A stretch of DNA of 64,000 nucleotides from Ostrea edulis (taxonomy: Eukaryota), in NCBI RefSeq assembly GCF_947568905.1, contig NC_079166.1:85374001-85438000 (forward strand). Direction: 5' to 3'. The notes below the pieces were generated by a model that had not been told where the DNA came from, did no database searches, and saw nothing but the letters and a program-made list of their open reading frames with translations. The position numbers were made by a program, and so were the translations under genes. How positions within the stretch are numbered: position 1 is the first letter of the stretch; each line of letters starts with the position of its first letter. Positions 27,801 through 41,500 of this stretch are shown one piece after another.

Positions 27801-30800
27801 AACCAAAACCTCCACACAATCACAAAAAGTCCACAAATTATATCTACGATAATTCAGTAGGGCTTTCATATAAGAATTCACGCACTACCAAAAATCTTTT
27901 TACTAAATTCATTTTGGCTTTGAGCAACTCTTGACAAAATGTCTTTGTGAATTATAAATGCACTGAAATTATGCATTATGATTGGCTATAATAAAGTTTG
28001 AGTTTTTTGCTCAGAAAACTTCATTAACATACTCTGACTGTAAATATCAATGTTATGCCACTTTTGATTTTGATAGCTGATTGTGTTAAACATTATAAAT
28101 CATGATACTGACAGCTGATGACGTTATAACATTATAAATCATGATACTGACAGATGACGTTATAACATGATAAATCTTGATACTGACAGATGACGTTATA
28201 ACATTATAAATCATGATACTGACAGATGATGTTATAACATTATAAATCATGATACTGACAGATGATGTTATAACATTATAAATCATGATTCTGACAGCTG
28301 ATGACGTTATAACATTATAAATCATGATACTGACAGATGACGTTATAACATTATAAATCATGATACTGACAGATGATGTTATAACATTATAAATCTTGAT
28401 ACCTGACAGATGACGTTATAACATTATAAATCATGATACTGACAGATGATGTTATAACATTATAAATCATGATACTGACAGATGACATTATAACATTATA
28501 AATCGTGTTACCTGACAGATGATGGTGCTCGTCTGTGTTGGGGTCCGTGAGGTTGCACAGCTGTTGCAGCAGTAGGGGATATTTGAGGATTCGCTGGATG
28601 GGTTTGATGAGGTATGATTCCAGCGTAGCAGAATGTTGCTGTTCCGGATTCCGAGCATGAAGAAACGCCTTCAAGGCATCGTTAGCAACTGAAACAACAG
28701 GAGAATATCAAAGTTGTCAACAAAGTTTGGGGAAACAAAATCATAAACCTAATTTTTTATTTTCTTTCTGAGCATTGCCTGAGTTGAATATTTTCTGAGT
28801 TTATTTTCTATACTGAGTCTTACATGGACTAAGAATTTCCACATCTTACCTGAGTATAGTATTTCTGAGTGTTAGCTGGGATGAGTATTTCTGATTGTTA
28901 GTTGAGTTGAGTATTTCTGATTGTTAGCAGAGATGAGTATTTCTGATTGTTAGTTGAGATGAGTATTTCTGATTGTTAGCCGAGATGAGTATTTCTGATT
29001 GTTAGTTGAGTTGAGTATTTCTGAGTGTTAGTTGAGTTGAGTATTTCTGATTGTTAGTTGAGTTGAGTATTTCTGAGTGTTAGCTGAGTATAGTATTTCT
29101 GAGTGTTAGTTGAGTTGAGTATTTCTAAGTGTTAGCTGAGATGAGTATTTCTGAGCGTTACATGGGTTGAGTATTTCTGGTTCTTACCTGGATTGAGTAT
29201 TTTCTGAGTGCGACTGTGACTGGCACAAAAAGAGCTGTACACCTTGAAGTGGTTGGCGTAGTATAGGAATGATCCACCCAGGGAAAATAGTACTCGCTGT
29301 AATGACAAATCACTCAAGTACATTTCTCGCTGTATTACGACAATCACAACACCTAAACAATTAATGCACTTCACATCTGATTAATTGTAATATATCAAAA
29401 ACAATCCCTACTGATGCCAGAACAATCCCTACTGATGCCAGAACAATCCCTACTGATGCCAGAACAAGATAAAACAATCCCTACTGATGCCAGAACAATC
29501 CCTACTGATGCCAGAACAATCCCTACTGATGCCAGAACAAAATAAAACAATCCCTACTGATGCCAGAACAATCCCTACTGATGCCAGAACAATCCCTACT
29601 GATGCCAGAACAAGATAAAACAATCCCTACTGATGCCAGAACAATCCCTACTGATGCCAGAACAAGATAAAACAATCCCTACTGATGCCAGAACAATCCC
29701 TACTGATGCCAGAACAATCCCTACTGATGCCAGAACAAGATAAAACAATCCCTACTGATGCCAGAACAAGATAAAACAATCCCTACTGATGCCAGAACAA
29801 GATAAAACAATCCCTACTGATGCCAGAACAAGATTTTTGTGAAACACTGGTACAATTCATACTCCATGTAAACACTGGGTATACAACATACTCCTTGTAA
29901 ACACTGGGTATACAACATACTCCATGTAAACACTGGGTATACAACCTACTCCCATGTAAACACTGGGTATACAACATACTCCATGTAAACACTGGGTATA
30001 CAGCATACTCCATGTAAACACTGGGTATACAACATACTCCATGTAAACACTGGGAATACAACATACTCCATGTAAACACTGGGTATATAACATACTCCAT
30101 GTAAACACTGGGTATGCAACATACTCCATGTAAACACTGGGTATATAACATACTCCATGTAAACACTGGGAATACAACATACTCCATGTAAACACTGGGT
30201 ATATAACATACTCCATGTAAACACTGGGTATATAACATACTCCATGTAAACACTGGGTATACAACATACTCCATGTAAACACTGGGTATACAACATACTC
30301 CATGTGTAATATTGGGAACATACTCCAGGCTTTTCAACATGATTTAGAAACAGATATATATATATTCCATTACTGTAAACACGCATTACATGATAGGAAG
30401 CACAATATATACAAAGACAGTATCTCTGTGCATGACTATTCCTCTTCCCACAGTTCAAGAACCCATACCCCCAACACAACACACTTGTACCAACCCTAAC
30501 ACATCAGACAGGAGTAATCCTCCCCCACACATCAGTACAAGTGTACCCCTCCCCACACAGGGATACCCCCCCCCCCCCACTCATCACATTTAAATACCCT
30601 TCTTCCTGCATTTGACAGTTAGTCGTGCTGTATGTCTTTACAAAACTATATTGGTATCAGGAAAACAGCACGTAAGAGGTTTAGCCAATGAATTCACACA
30701 GATATTAATTGTCAAACTTGACATACAGAATGCTCTCTTAGATTTCTTGAGTGACCCTAAATATTGAACATCAAATTTCATTAACTAGTAACATAATGCA

Positions 30801-32796
30801 TGTTTAGAAACAAAATAATTTAATGCATTACAAGAAATAATTTTCCATGTACATATATTGTACACTCAGACAGTTGTCGACTCACCCCACCCCCATCAAA
30901 TGGAGGACAACATCCTCCAAATATTTGTTATTTTAGCATTATTTCCAGCTCCCTAAAAATTAATGTTTTGTTTTATATAATTCTTTGCAAATTCCCCTTC
31001 TTTTGCTACACCAATCCCCCTCTTTCTCTGATTATTAAAGCGTGGTGGCTATGATGCTGATACTACATGTATATGAAAGCTGAACAGAATTATCAAGAAA
31101 AGCTTCATGAAGCCGTCATCCAAGTTATAGTTGTGCAAATGAACTCACACTAAATCCGTGTTTGAACGGAAACCATGCCTGCAAAATTAGAGAAACATAC
31201 TGCCCTCAGATACATCATGTGAATTTCACATCCAGAATACCAAGGTTTCACTGTATACATCACTTAAATGCATGATTCATTGACACAACTACAATATATG
31301 TATCATGTGACCCCATGCATTTACAAAAGCTTTCATAACTGACAAAGACTTTGAAATTCTTGAAGCTGCCAGAGACAGACTGTGAAGAGTAAAGCTCCCT
31401 AATTGTAGGTACTGGTTGTACCAGTGACTGTGAAGAGTAAAGCTCCCTAATTGTAGGTACTGGTTGTACCAGCAATCAATGTCTGTTGGTTCTTTTTGAA
31501 CTTTTTTTCCTGACATCATCTACTTCATTCATGATATTAATACTCTAATTTGTGTGCAAGTAAAATTTGCAGAGTTTGTGAGCACCCCTTTCTTGTGAAC
31601 ATTTGCAGGCTTTGTGAGCACCACTTTCTTGTGAACATTTGTATGGTTTGTGAGCACCACTTTCTTGTGAACATTTGTAAGGTTTGTGAGCACCACTTTC
31701 TTGTGAACACTTGTAGGGTTTGTGAGCACCACTTTCGTGTGAACATTTGTAGGGTTTGTGAGCACCACTTTTGTGTGAACATCTGTAGAGTTCGTGAGCA
31801 CCACTCTCTTGTGAACATTTGTAGGGTTTGTGAGCACCACTTTCGTGTGAACATTTGTAGGGTTTGTGAGCACCACTTTTGTGTGAACATCTGTAGAGTT
31901 CGTGAGCACCACTCTCTTGTGAACATTTGTAGGGTTTGTGAGCACCACTTTCTTGTGAACATTTGTAGGGTTTGTGAGCACCACTTTCTTTTGAACATTT
32001 GTAGGGTTTGTGAGCACCACTTTCTTGTGAACATTTGTAGGGTTTGTGAGCACCACTTTCTTGTGAACATTTGTAGGGTTTGTGAGCACCACTTTTGCAT
32101 GAACATCTGTAGAGTTCGTGAGCACCACTCTCTTGGGAACATTTATTGCATTCTATAAATAAATGTGAGGTTACAGTACACAATACTACACATAAATGCA
32201 CAGCTAGCACCGTTACATGTATATTGTACATGAAAGCAATAGATATAAAATAATACAACCTGATATTTCACATGAATGCAAAGAACCAAAGCTTTTAAAA
32301 ACAGATATACCTGTCAGTCACTAGCATTAAATTTCATCAGGAAATGTGCTAAATTTCAATCTATTTTGTCCCTGACCTTTGACCTAATGTTCTTTATTAA
32401 GTCAATAAGCTTTTTTCTCTGGTCACCTGATGACAAGTGTGAAACTGAACAAGCAAATTACAATGACGTCTACAATACAGTCAGAGTGAAAAAGATCATT
32501 ACTGACGCTGATCTTAATGACCTTAACCTTTCATCTCCCTATAAGAAAACTGACCCATTTCTTTGGTACACCTTGCCTGTTTATACTCTTTGTATGAGAC
32601 TGACAGGTCAAGCGGAACTTTTTCAACGATGTTCACAACATAGATAGATATATGAATTCATGCACACATGCACACAGACATTAGGTCCCTGGAACTACAT
32701 GTATCTTGTGAAAAATGAATGCTTGAAACAATTAGACTCATCCGTGACACAACACAAACTCCTACGTACAACATATGAGAGGTAATTGTACTGTAT

Positions 32797-32844
<48 letters not shown>

Positions 32845-35800
32845 CAATAACAGAATCTGGGGTCATTTTCTGTACATTAAGAAATAAAATGGATATACGG
32901 GTAAATATTGCTACATAGTAAACTAGACACCGATTCCTCAACATACCCTTAGCTCCAGGTCCTGCAATGCGTTTGAAATAATAGAGTTATGGTTCTTTTA
33001 TTGTGTTCATAATTATGGTGCAAATTCCTCAGAGCAATCTCTGTACATCTTTCTATCTTTCAATCTCTATCTTTATATTTCTATCTTTCTATCTCTATCT
33101 GTATGAGTTGTATTTTTTCTTCATGAAATATTTTATATTAATATATCATTTCAAATCACTCACATGATCTTAATCATTCACAGGCTTTATTCTGTGTGCT
33201 TTATTTATAGTTAAAAATAATTGTATATACTGTACAAAACTGCGTCAAAAGAAATTCTTTTCTTTTCACATTGTTGGTAACTTTTCTGACATTTCATGTG
33301 ATTGTCTTCATCATACTATATATGTGCTATGTTTGTTGACATAAATCTCCTTCATTCCGGAGGCTGTGTACCCATGTTAGTGATTATCCACAATCTCATT
33401 CTACATTTTGTTATTTTCCAGATCTCTTACTTACTGTGTGTATCACTCTATAACTTTTGTAAACTATATTCAAACACTGTCGTTAAGTGTCAGAATTAAA
33501 TAACATTAAAACACTGTTAGATTCTGAATTTAGTGAAACAAGGTGAGAGGCGTGTTGTGATATTAACACAGAAAAGTATGGTTACAGCAAACACACTTAT
33601 AATGAATTCACACTTACAGTAAAACACAGTTATAGCAAACACGCTTATAATGAATTCACACTTACAGTAAAACACAGTTATAGTAAACACGCTTATAATG
33701 AATTCACACTTACAGTAAAACACAGTTATAGCAAACACGCTTATAATGAATTCACACTTACAGTAAAACACAGTTATAGCAAACACGCTTATAATGAATT
33801 CACACTTACAGTAAAACACAGTTATAGCAAACACGCTTATAATGAATTCACACTTACAGTAAAACACAGTTATAGTAAACACGCTTATAATGAATTCACG
33901 CTTACAACAAAGTGATTTTTATTCTCTCTAGTTTTAAAACATATTCTGAACTCATCAGATATAACAAATTATATTTAAGATGAATCCAGCTATAAGCATA
34001 TTACACTGTTTATGCATTCCTTAATATATTGATCACCATTTTTGCTTAAATGTGTCAATGCCCCTACCCTTAAAAAGTAAACTCATGTTCTTACAAATTA
34101 AAATGTGTCCCCATGGCAACATAATAACCTTCACCTACCCTAAAGACCTTGGGATCTTCGCTTTGGAAGAATTCACCCTGCAGTTGAATGGCTTCCTCCA
34201 GACTAATCAGAAACTGCTGCTGAAAGGTAACAATCTCCTGTATGTTTCCAAACAGCTGCTGAATTTCTCCCGACGTCAGAAACGTGGCTGACTGTAACGG
34301 CATAAGGTACTGCTCCGTCAGACAGTTCAGATCCTGCAAGGGAAACCACTCTTGTATTCAGAGAGGGAAACCACTCTTGTATTCAGAAAGGGAAACCACT
34401 TTTGTATTCAGAGAGGGAAACCACTCTTGTATTCAGAAAGGGAAACCACTCTTGTATTCAGAGAGGAAAACCACTCTTGTATTCAGAAAGGGAAACCACT
34501 CTTGTATTCAGAGAGGGAAACCACTCTTGTATTCAGAGAGGGAAACCACTCTTGTATTCAGAAAGGAAACTACTCTTGTATACAGAAAGAGACATGTCTC
34601 AGTTAGCTATCAAAAAGGAGAACCCAGTCAGCAATGTAACTCAGACAGCAATGTAACTCAGACAGCAATGTAACTCAGTCAGTAATATAAAGGGGAATAA
34701 TTCGGTCGGCAATTTAAAGGGGAATAACTCAGTCAGAAATGTAAAGGGAAATAACTCAGCAATGTAAAGGGGAATAACTCAGAAATGTAAAGGGAAATAA
34801 CTCAGATAGCAATTCAAAGGGGAATAACTCGGATAGCAATTTAAAGGGAATAACTCTGATAGCAATTTAAAGGGGAATAACTCAGCAATGTAAAAGAGAA
34901 TAACTTCAGCTGACATGCCACAAATTTTGACCTACACATAGCACCCAAGGTCATAGCAGTGAGGGTTACTTATTGTGACAATATGCCTACAGTAACACAA
35001 GACCCCTGCTTATAAGGTCAAATCTGAAAGATCTGCGACTTTCACTTCTACTGTCGGTGCTTGGTGAAGGAAGGGTAGTTATTTTTGTTAAATGTCTTGG
35101 GTTTGAACCGGCACCGGAATCTAACCTTGGCCTATCTGTTGTAAAATGAGTGTCATAACCAAAATCACAAGGGGGGGATAACTCAGCTAGCAATGACAAA
35201 GGGGAATAAATCAGTCTTCAATAGCATCCAAAACTTTGAATGTATTATGTGGAGACTACAACAATTTTATTTACAACATTCTGTGAAATCACTTAATAAA
35301 AACACCAGCAAAAATAGAACTATGATATCATACAATAATCAAATAGTCAACAATATTCAAGGAGAACAACTCATCTCAATAAAACTGTATACTGTGACAG
35401 TCCACAATATTCAAGGGGAACAACTCATCCCAATAAAACTATATACCTTGACAATCCACAATATTCAAGGGGAACAACTCATTCAGAACAAGAGAGGAAA
35501 AACATGCACATGCAGCTTAACATGACAAGTTGATTGAAATGAACAGCCATTCAAATATACTCCTAGAGGGACAACTTACAATAATCAACAGATAATCAAA
35601 ACAGAAAGTAGATATTGATCAGAAACAACAATAATTAATAGATACTTAAAATAGAAAGTAGATATTGACCAGAAATGACAATAATTAACAGATAGTCAAA
35701 ACATAAACTAGACATTGACCTGAAATATCAGATAGTCAAAACAGAAAGTAGACATTGACCTGAAATGAAAATGATTAACAAACAATCAAAACAGAAAGTA

Positions 35801-38509
35801 GACATTGACCAGAAATTTCCAACAGAATCCTGAAATGACCATCTAGTCCTGACTGTTTAAACAAGTTTCTACTGACCTTGACATATGCCCTCTCCGTTTC
35901 AATGAGTTCCATGATGACTTTGCGAAGTTTCTGGGCCTCAGACAACGGTTTGGAGTTATGGTGGACGTGACTATCTAACACATTGGGTTCACTCCCAGTC
36001 CGACAAATTGCCGTCACCTGCTCCGCATTCTAAATGAATAAATCCAAAAACATTCACAATTAAGGTTACACGATATAAAAATAACTAGAACACTCCAAAC
36101 CTCTCGAGGAGAAACCCCGGATCTCAAGAGTCATCCAAGTTTTATACGAGGAAAAGGCACACAAATCATTTAGCATATAGATGGCACAATTAAAACATTA
36201 TGGTCTAGACAACTATTCATAATTTATTAAATTGTGACCTTGATCAAAGGTTCAAGGTCAGAACTCAATTTCTGGTCATCTAAGCAACTATTGTGCCAAA
36301 CCTGAGCTTCTTACAGAGGATTTGTGAGCTGATTTCACTAGTGACCTTGACCATCCAAGGTCATGGCACACTGTTTGCTTGAACATAACCTTTATATATT
36401 GTACACCTTCTGATGTGACCCATCATTAAGTTACAACAGAGAGAAATGCTTTTTCTGTACTTTTCTGATCAACGACTTTGAATTTCTAAAAATTAATTGC
36501 CAATACAACCTATCATTGGGACAAATGCTGTCTGACGTGTTTCATGCCGATTGTTAGGCTGTTCTTGACACACTGATTTTGACTACGAATGACTCTGTTT
36601 ACCTGATCAAGATATAGGGCTCACGGTGGGTGTGACCGGTTGTCAGGGGATGCTTACTACTCCTAGGCACCTGATCCCTCCTCTGGTGTGTCCAGGGGTC
36701 CGTGTTTGCCCAACTATCTATTTTGTATTGCTTGTAGGAGTTAAGAGATTGATCACTGTTCATTATCTTCACCTTTCATGATCCAGAGACAGCGTCATGA
36801 CTCACTCTTAAATCATCATACAACTTCTTTGGGCTAACTATAATCTTCTAACATCTCCCCATTTCAGACAAAAAGTTGTACTTTTCTTTTTCTACTAATG
36901 ACCTTGACAAAATGACCTTCATTAAGAGACATCACATATTGTGAAACATTTTTTTTTATAAATATGACCTCATAATGTCTCCCCACAATAAAATTTTGGT
37001 CCAAACATAAAATACAGTATGTTGGAATGACAGAAGATGGACTGACAGATGGACAGACACATAAATGGATGAACAGACAAATAGAAAAGCAGGAGTTAGA
37101 CAGAAAAATGGATGAACAGAAAGATAGAAAGATGGATGGATAGAAAGAAAAACATAAGATGAACAGACAATAGGATGAACACAAGTGGATGGACAGAGCC
37201 AGAAGATAGATGAATTGATAAGATATTCCTATTGCACCAACTTAATTTTACTTCCGTGGATTATAACTGCTATAAAGAAAAGTGAACAACATTAAATAAT
37301 CATATGTGATTTTTCAATCTTTACCTTGATTAGTTGGTCAATCTGAGAACCAGCTAAGTCAGGTAGGGAACCAGGCTTTCTGTGACAATCCATGTCGTCA
37401 TGGCAACAGCTCTCTGTAATACAAATGTCACTGCATTTTTAATTCTAGAAACTAACTGCTACATAACTAATTCTAGAAACTAACTGCTACATAACTAATT
37501 CTAGAAACTAACTGCTAAATAACTAATTCTAGAAACTAACTGCTACATAACTAATTCTAGAAACTAACTGCTACATAACTAATTCTAGAAACTAACTGCT
37601 ACATAACTAATTCTAGAAACTAACTGCTACATAACTAATTCTAGAAACCAACTGCTACATAACTAATTCTAGAAACTAACTGCTAAATAACTAATTCTAG
37701 AAACTAACTGCTACATAACTAATTCTAGAAACTAACTGCTACATAACTAATTCTAGAAACTAACTGCTACATAACTAATTCTAGAAACTAACTGCTACAT
37801 AACCAATCTTCCAATTAGAGATCTGTGAGTCACAAAACTCATCTGAGTCACCTTGTCCATGCCGAAGTAAAAGACTCTGCCTGGGACATTAATAAAATGA
37901 AAGCTTATATCCCAACCTGACCCCAGCCTAAACCCAGTCAGACCCCAACCTGGCCCCTGCCTAACCCCAACTTGACCCCATCATGACCCAGAGATTATGA
38001 AGTTAGCAAAACTGAATTTATTAACATCAGAATTCTTTCACATTTAATTCACAAACTATAAAAAATATTGCAACATTTTCAAAAGTTAAAATTTAGATCT
38101 TTATTGTGCCCCCACCTTGACTCAGGGGTTCATGAAAACCTGAATTGATACTAATGGTGCACACAAGAATGCTTGAAGAAATCAAGTTGAATCTGCAGTA
38201 AATAATGAAGATCTCCTGCATATTTCTGTGTGGTTCAGTAGTTCTTGTGAAGATTTATTTATCTCACTATTCCTAATCATCTTCCCTGGTAAACCAACCA
38301 GATATTCCTCATCACCCAAGGATGATTGTTTGCTAAATTTCAGTGAAATTGGTTGAATGGTACAGGAGAAGTTCGCTACTATGAAAAATTCACTACTACA
38401 ACAAAATAATTCTGATCAGAAAAAACACAGGTGAATTAAACATAAACAGAATAAACCCTATAAAGCTTTTCCTGCCTGTAACTTTTGAATAATTCTGTAA
38501 CCTTCCGTC

Positions 38510-38564
<55 letters not shown>

Positions 38565-41500
38565 AAGAGAGAGGGAGAAGGCCCTGACCTTGTGGTGATG
38601 GCACTGTGATATTTTCGATGACATTCTCGGGAATACGTGATTGTGAGGGGGGTGGAGGACACATCATATTGCTAATTTCTGATTGGTTCCCACTGATGGC
38701 TGCTGTGCTGTGATTGGTCTTCAGGGACCTGACTGTAATGACTAGTGCCTTTGATTCGTGGAGCAGAGTTTCGACGTACACCATGTCCAACTCCGAAACG
38801 ATTTTTCCATTAATGACTAGAATCTCATCTCCGACACTCAGCTCTAATCAACAGAGAAATTCAAAGATGTTATAACTTAATCTAGAATAATGCTGTGTTG
38901 ACACAATACTGATTCTGAAGCTATATTAAACAAAAATTGAACAAATATCAGTTGACTATAGATTTTTTATAAATCATTTTAGCGGTGTTTACACGTATAC
39001 CAGAAATGTCTACAAGATCAGATTTGTGAATTCACATACAACTGTTTGAGAGCTCTGTACATGTAAACAACAGAAATATTGTGCAGACTACATGTTGGTG
39101 CACTTTTCTGAGTCGACTATACTTCTGCTATTTTGAAATCTGAGAAATAACCAAGCTTGTGTGTGACAGAGAACTTATGACTTCTGTGTGTCAGAGAACT
39201 TACGACTTCTGTGAGCCACACTTCCGGGTGTCACCTGACTGATGTAGAGGCGAAGTTCATCGTCTCTTTCAAAATCCTCAGCAAGCTCCGCCTCCACCGT
39301 AAAGCCAAACTCGGTGTCGCCCGATGATTTGGTGAGATGAAGTTGTATGACAGACTTCTGACACACCTCAATAGATTCGTACTTCTGAAGAAAAACATTC
39401 ATCACTCTCATTACTAATCAAACATAATTATTCCTAATAATGGTATTGTAATAAAAATAATAATAATGATACAATACTGTGATGGTTAATTCTAATCTCA
39501 CTTCTATGGATCCACCACAATATTCACCTTAAGACTTGACCTTTACAATAATTGTTCCTGATTCTCATTGTGCTGTTTGATTTCATTAAGATGATCAGAT
39601 TTTCCTTCAATCGCTCTGTGCTGCAATTAATGACCATTATATACAACTTTCACTTTCTCAAACACTTTCACTTTACTCCCTACTCACCATATTTTTAATG
39701 TTGTCCTTGGGGTCCAGTACGATGTATGTATTAGGGGGGGTGTCAGCCTGCGTGATGCGTACGTAGTGGTCCAGAGGATCAAGTTGCCGTTGGCTGCAGA
39801 CAGATTCCAGAAGATCTTGAGCAGTGCTACGTTTGTCAACCTTAATTAAAAGTGTCTGAAAAAAAATTTACCGATATTTTACTATACCAAGCTACAGAGT
39901 AATATATTACAATAAATCAGCTGAAACCTTGATACTATAAATGAATAAAGATCTAAAATCACAGGCATTCATGGATATATACACCGTAAAGACTAACAAC
40001 ATACAAATATCCTCAGGAGAGAGACAGTGCCCCCAAAGTTATTTCATGTCTTCAGACACCCCCCCCCCCCCCCCCCCCCCCAGAAGTTATTCCATGTCGA
40101 CCCCCATCCCGCATGAAGTTATTTGATGTCTTCAGAACCCCCTCCCCCCTCTCCCCAAGCTATCTGATGTCCTCAGAATTTCTTCCCTGTCTGAGCTCAC
40201 GATAGTCTCCAGTTGGTCATAACTGCACTGCAGGTTAATTTTTTGTCCTGCAAAGGTCATCATTTTCCACGGTAACAATTATTACACATTACAACCTTTA
40301 ATTACCCACAATGCCTCACACAACATGCATCCAAACCACATAAATCCCCATACAATAATCATGATCTACGCTTCCACTCTGGCTAAGGACATGAAGAATG
40401 TTATAGCTAAACGCTAATCCATCGTCAAAATTCATTATTATTCAAGAGCTCCACAACAAGGCATTCATCAAGGCGACAGCTATATATACCTCAGTCCAAA
40501 ATACATGTAACAAATATCAGGCAGGCCGCAATTTGACTGCATTAATATTCTACTCATTGTCAGAATCTTTGATTAGAAGATTAATCTGACTGTGTTGATA
40601 TTTTACTCAAAGAATTTATTTTTCTCCTAGTCAGAATCTTAAAGATTAATCCGACTGCATTAATATTTTACTCCTCTAGAGTAAAACACATGAAGATTAA
40701 GTGGTGGGTATATTTCTTTCTTTCATTTCAAAGTTCTGCCTTGTTTTAATCTATGCAATAAATACATCAATATAAATTAATAATACATTCTCAATGATTT
40801 ATTTTACATCTTTTGATCCATGATCATAGCAGATAAGGATAATTGGAATGTAATCAGAAAAATAAATCTTATAAAATAAATAAATTGTTTTTATTCAACC
40901 ATCAGAGTAAAAAAAAATGCAAGATTTAAATGAAATACATTTTTTACTTACTCATCCATGAAAACAATAAAACTCCTCGCACAGGGTGGGTTAATCCAAA
41001 AACACTATTAAATAACAGACCCAAAGTCACAAAACATAACTGTAACCCAAAGTCACAAAACATGATTGTAACTCAATATAACCTACATTTAACATGATTG
41101 CAAATGAAAATCACAAAATATGATTGCAGCCCAACCCCTGGAAGTCACAAAATATGACTGTAAAAACATGCATTCCATCTATCAATACATGAAGACCTCT
41201 CCGTCTCTCGGCACACAATGTGTCGATCATTACCTCATCATATCGCTCTCTCTGTCAGATGTCCCTCATTCTCCACTAATGACCCCACACTACATCTGTT
41301 ATGAACAAGGCCGGACACATAGTCTTTATTGTCCACTCATTCTCAGGACAAATTACCTGACCAGCGATGTGAAATCAGCCCTCGGGCTAGCCAGGCTGAT
41401 TATTCGGTACTTAATTGTTATGTTGGGGTGAAATTTCTGTAATTTCAGACCCATGAAATCACAGTTTATATCAATTTATTGTGTAGTCTATTAATTGTGT

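Noticed and set aside
29401-29832. CRISPR-like appearance of regularly spaced repeats (also 46270-46950 and 37437-37800)
   Set aside because: No unique spacers, no cas genes, and a eukaryotic intron context.
29783-32258. 150-237 aa repetitive ORFs in several frames
   Set aside because: Products of the 29-nt and 36-nt minisatellites, open on both strands.
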